Shown: positions 62,819 to 64,000 of the stretch, in pieces
How positions within the stretch are numbered: position 1 is the first letter of the stretch
Layout: each line of letters opens with the position of its first letter
Origin: a virus
Lineage: Duplodnaviria > Caudoviricetes
Reading direction: 5' to 3' (one strand)
Length of the DNA stretch: 64,000 bases
Virus record (IMG/VR): IMGVR_UViG_3300005805_000002
Location: 1-64,000 of that record
Made by a program: the position numbers and the translations under genes
Notes under the pieces: model-generated
Told to the model about the DNA's origin: nothing
Database searches by the model: none
Seen by the model: the letters and a program-made list of their open reading frames with translations, nothing else

Positions 62819-64000
62819 CTTGTGCCTCCTTTCCGTTCAATTTACTTTCTTCTCGGTCTTTTGGTTTTATCTCGAACCACGCTTTAGCTTGGCTGAGAGG
62901 GATAAGTTTGAGATAGCAAGTGAGCAAAGTATCGAGGCTGTGTCCGGAAGTCTTGCATGTACGAGGCGGGTCTTTGTGGACTTCTAAATGAGCGCTGACG
63001 AAGGTGTGACGCAGGCAGTTGTGCCCCCACTTGACGCCTTGTTTATCGCAGAGTTTTGCAAGGCCCTTGTAAAGGTAGAAGTATTTGTCTTCAGGATATG
63101 TGATCAAATCGTCGTCGTTCCCGCGCAAGTCTTTTACCCACAACTTGAGGTTGTCCGCAACCTCGGCAAGCCGTCTCCTTTTGGTTTTGGTTTTATCGGA
63201 GCCGAGAATGACACAGTCGTCTTTGATGTCCCGCCACCGGAGCCGTTGGATCTCAGCAGACCGGATGCCGGAGAACGCTCCAACAACCAGAAACGCTTTG
63301 ATTTTCTTGTCCTCGCACCCTTCCAGCATTTTCGCTAAATCCGACGGGGACAGGGTCGGGGGGTCTGCGGGCTCCGTGCGAGGCGACTCAGTGCGGTCAG
63401 CGGCAGTCGGCCCGTGGGGTAGGAAGCCCTTTCGCTGAGCGAACTTGAAGACACTGCAAATGGTACCCCTGTGGTTCTTCCGTGTCTTAGGGTGCTCCAT
63501 AGTAAGGAGGTAGTCATCCAGCGCAGCGACCGTGACCTTTTGGATGGGCCCTGAGAAAGCGGCCTTGAACTTCTTCAGGTGCCCTTTGACTGACTTCTTG
63601 TGCTTAGCGCTACGCCCGGCAATCGACGTCTCGAAGGCCTCGCATATGTCCGTCACGCTGACTGTCTGATGCTGAGCGTGCTCGCGGTAGAACTTAGCCA
63701 AATCGATAAGGTTCACACCCTGAAGGAGGGCGTCCGCTTGAAGGAATTCTTTGATTCTCTCTTGGTTGATGCTAGCGTGTGACGATGTCTCCTCATTTAC
63801 GGCGAGGGCCCCGACGACTTTTTTGGCTTGGTGGAGAGCTTTCTCGGGGTCTGTGGTCTCAAAGCGTTTACGCTCGCTTCCCGAGTACCACACGACGGTA
63901 AAACGCGGCCTAACACCACCACTTGAATAGACCTTGACCTTACTTTGACCGACCCTTACTGAAACCGAAATACCTTGCTGAATGGCTGATTCAATTTTGG
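62811..64000 (-). CDS. int: Tyrosine integrase, 5'-truncated by the window edge
   Basis: GIRSAEI (R), KTK, HNCLRH, GHS and Y catalytic residues; the frame stays open from 63893 to base 64000. Confidence 0.9.
   Translation of the reverse strand, partial: KIESAIQQGISVSVRVGQSKVKVYSSGGVRPRFTVVWYSGSERKRFETTDPEKALHQAKKVVGALAVNEETSSHASINQERIKEFLQADALLQGVNLIDLAKFYREHAQHQTVSVTDICEAFETSIAGRSAKHKKSVKGHLKKFKAAFSGPIQKVTVAALDDYLLTMEHPKTRKNHRGTICSVFKFAQRKGFLPHGPTAADRTESPRTEPADPPTLSPSDLAKMLEGCEDKKIKAFLVVGAFSGIRSAEIQRLRWRDIKDDCVILGSDKTKTKRRRLAEVADNLKLWVKDLRGNDDDLITYPEDKYFYLYKGLAKLCDKQGVKWGHNCLRHTFVSAHLEVHKDPPRTCKTSGHSLDTLLTCYLKLIPLSQAKAWFEIKPKDREESKLNGKEAQDA

Noticed and set aside
1-64000. Stop-codon reassignment
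   Set aside because: Genes are intact and tightly coupled under the standard code, and TAA, TAG and TGA are all used as stops.

Overview
This window is a 64-kb slice of a large, probably temperate, podovirus-like dsDNA phage genome. It is open at both ends: a tail-fibre gene runs off the left edge and a tyrosine integrase runs off the right edge. Bases 1-31.65 kb (+ strand) are late/structural genes: tail fibres, holin-like genes, an M15 endolysin, two HNH genes, Ser- and Thr-alternating low-complexity proteins, two glycosyltransferase-like genes, a putative tail adaptor, internal virion proteins and a 4081-aa polyvalent ejection protein. Bases 31.6-47.5 kb (- strand) are an early/host-takeover region of short genes. 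These genes are punctuated by 12 copies of a 20-bp palindrome (YTAACC-N8-GGTTAR) and share an SD-less ACAACTACCACYATG leader. The region includes a MoxR-AAA/vWA-peptidase/DUF3150-like module, a candidate Bd0055-like histone, DNA glycosylases, single-TM micropeptides and a 158-nt tRNA-like RNA with an expanded anticodon arm. Bases 47.5-49.55 kb hold a ~900-nt hairpin-dense non-coding tract, an isolated + strand HTH (TerS-like) gene and an iteron-like G/C-run region. Bases 49.55-64 kb (- strand) are replication/recombination genes: dCMP deaminase, primase-helicase, family A polymerase, SSB-like protein, an SNF2 helicase fused to a Cas4-like nuclease, RuvC-like resolvase, Xis-like HTH, tandem RHH and integrase. 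Capsid, portal and large terminase genes are not in the window. All family assignments come from motifs recognised by eye, not from database searches. A PVC/Verrucomicrobia-type host is only a weak inference.
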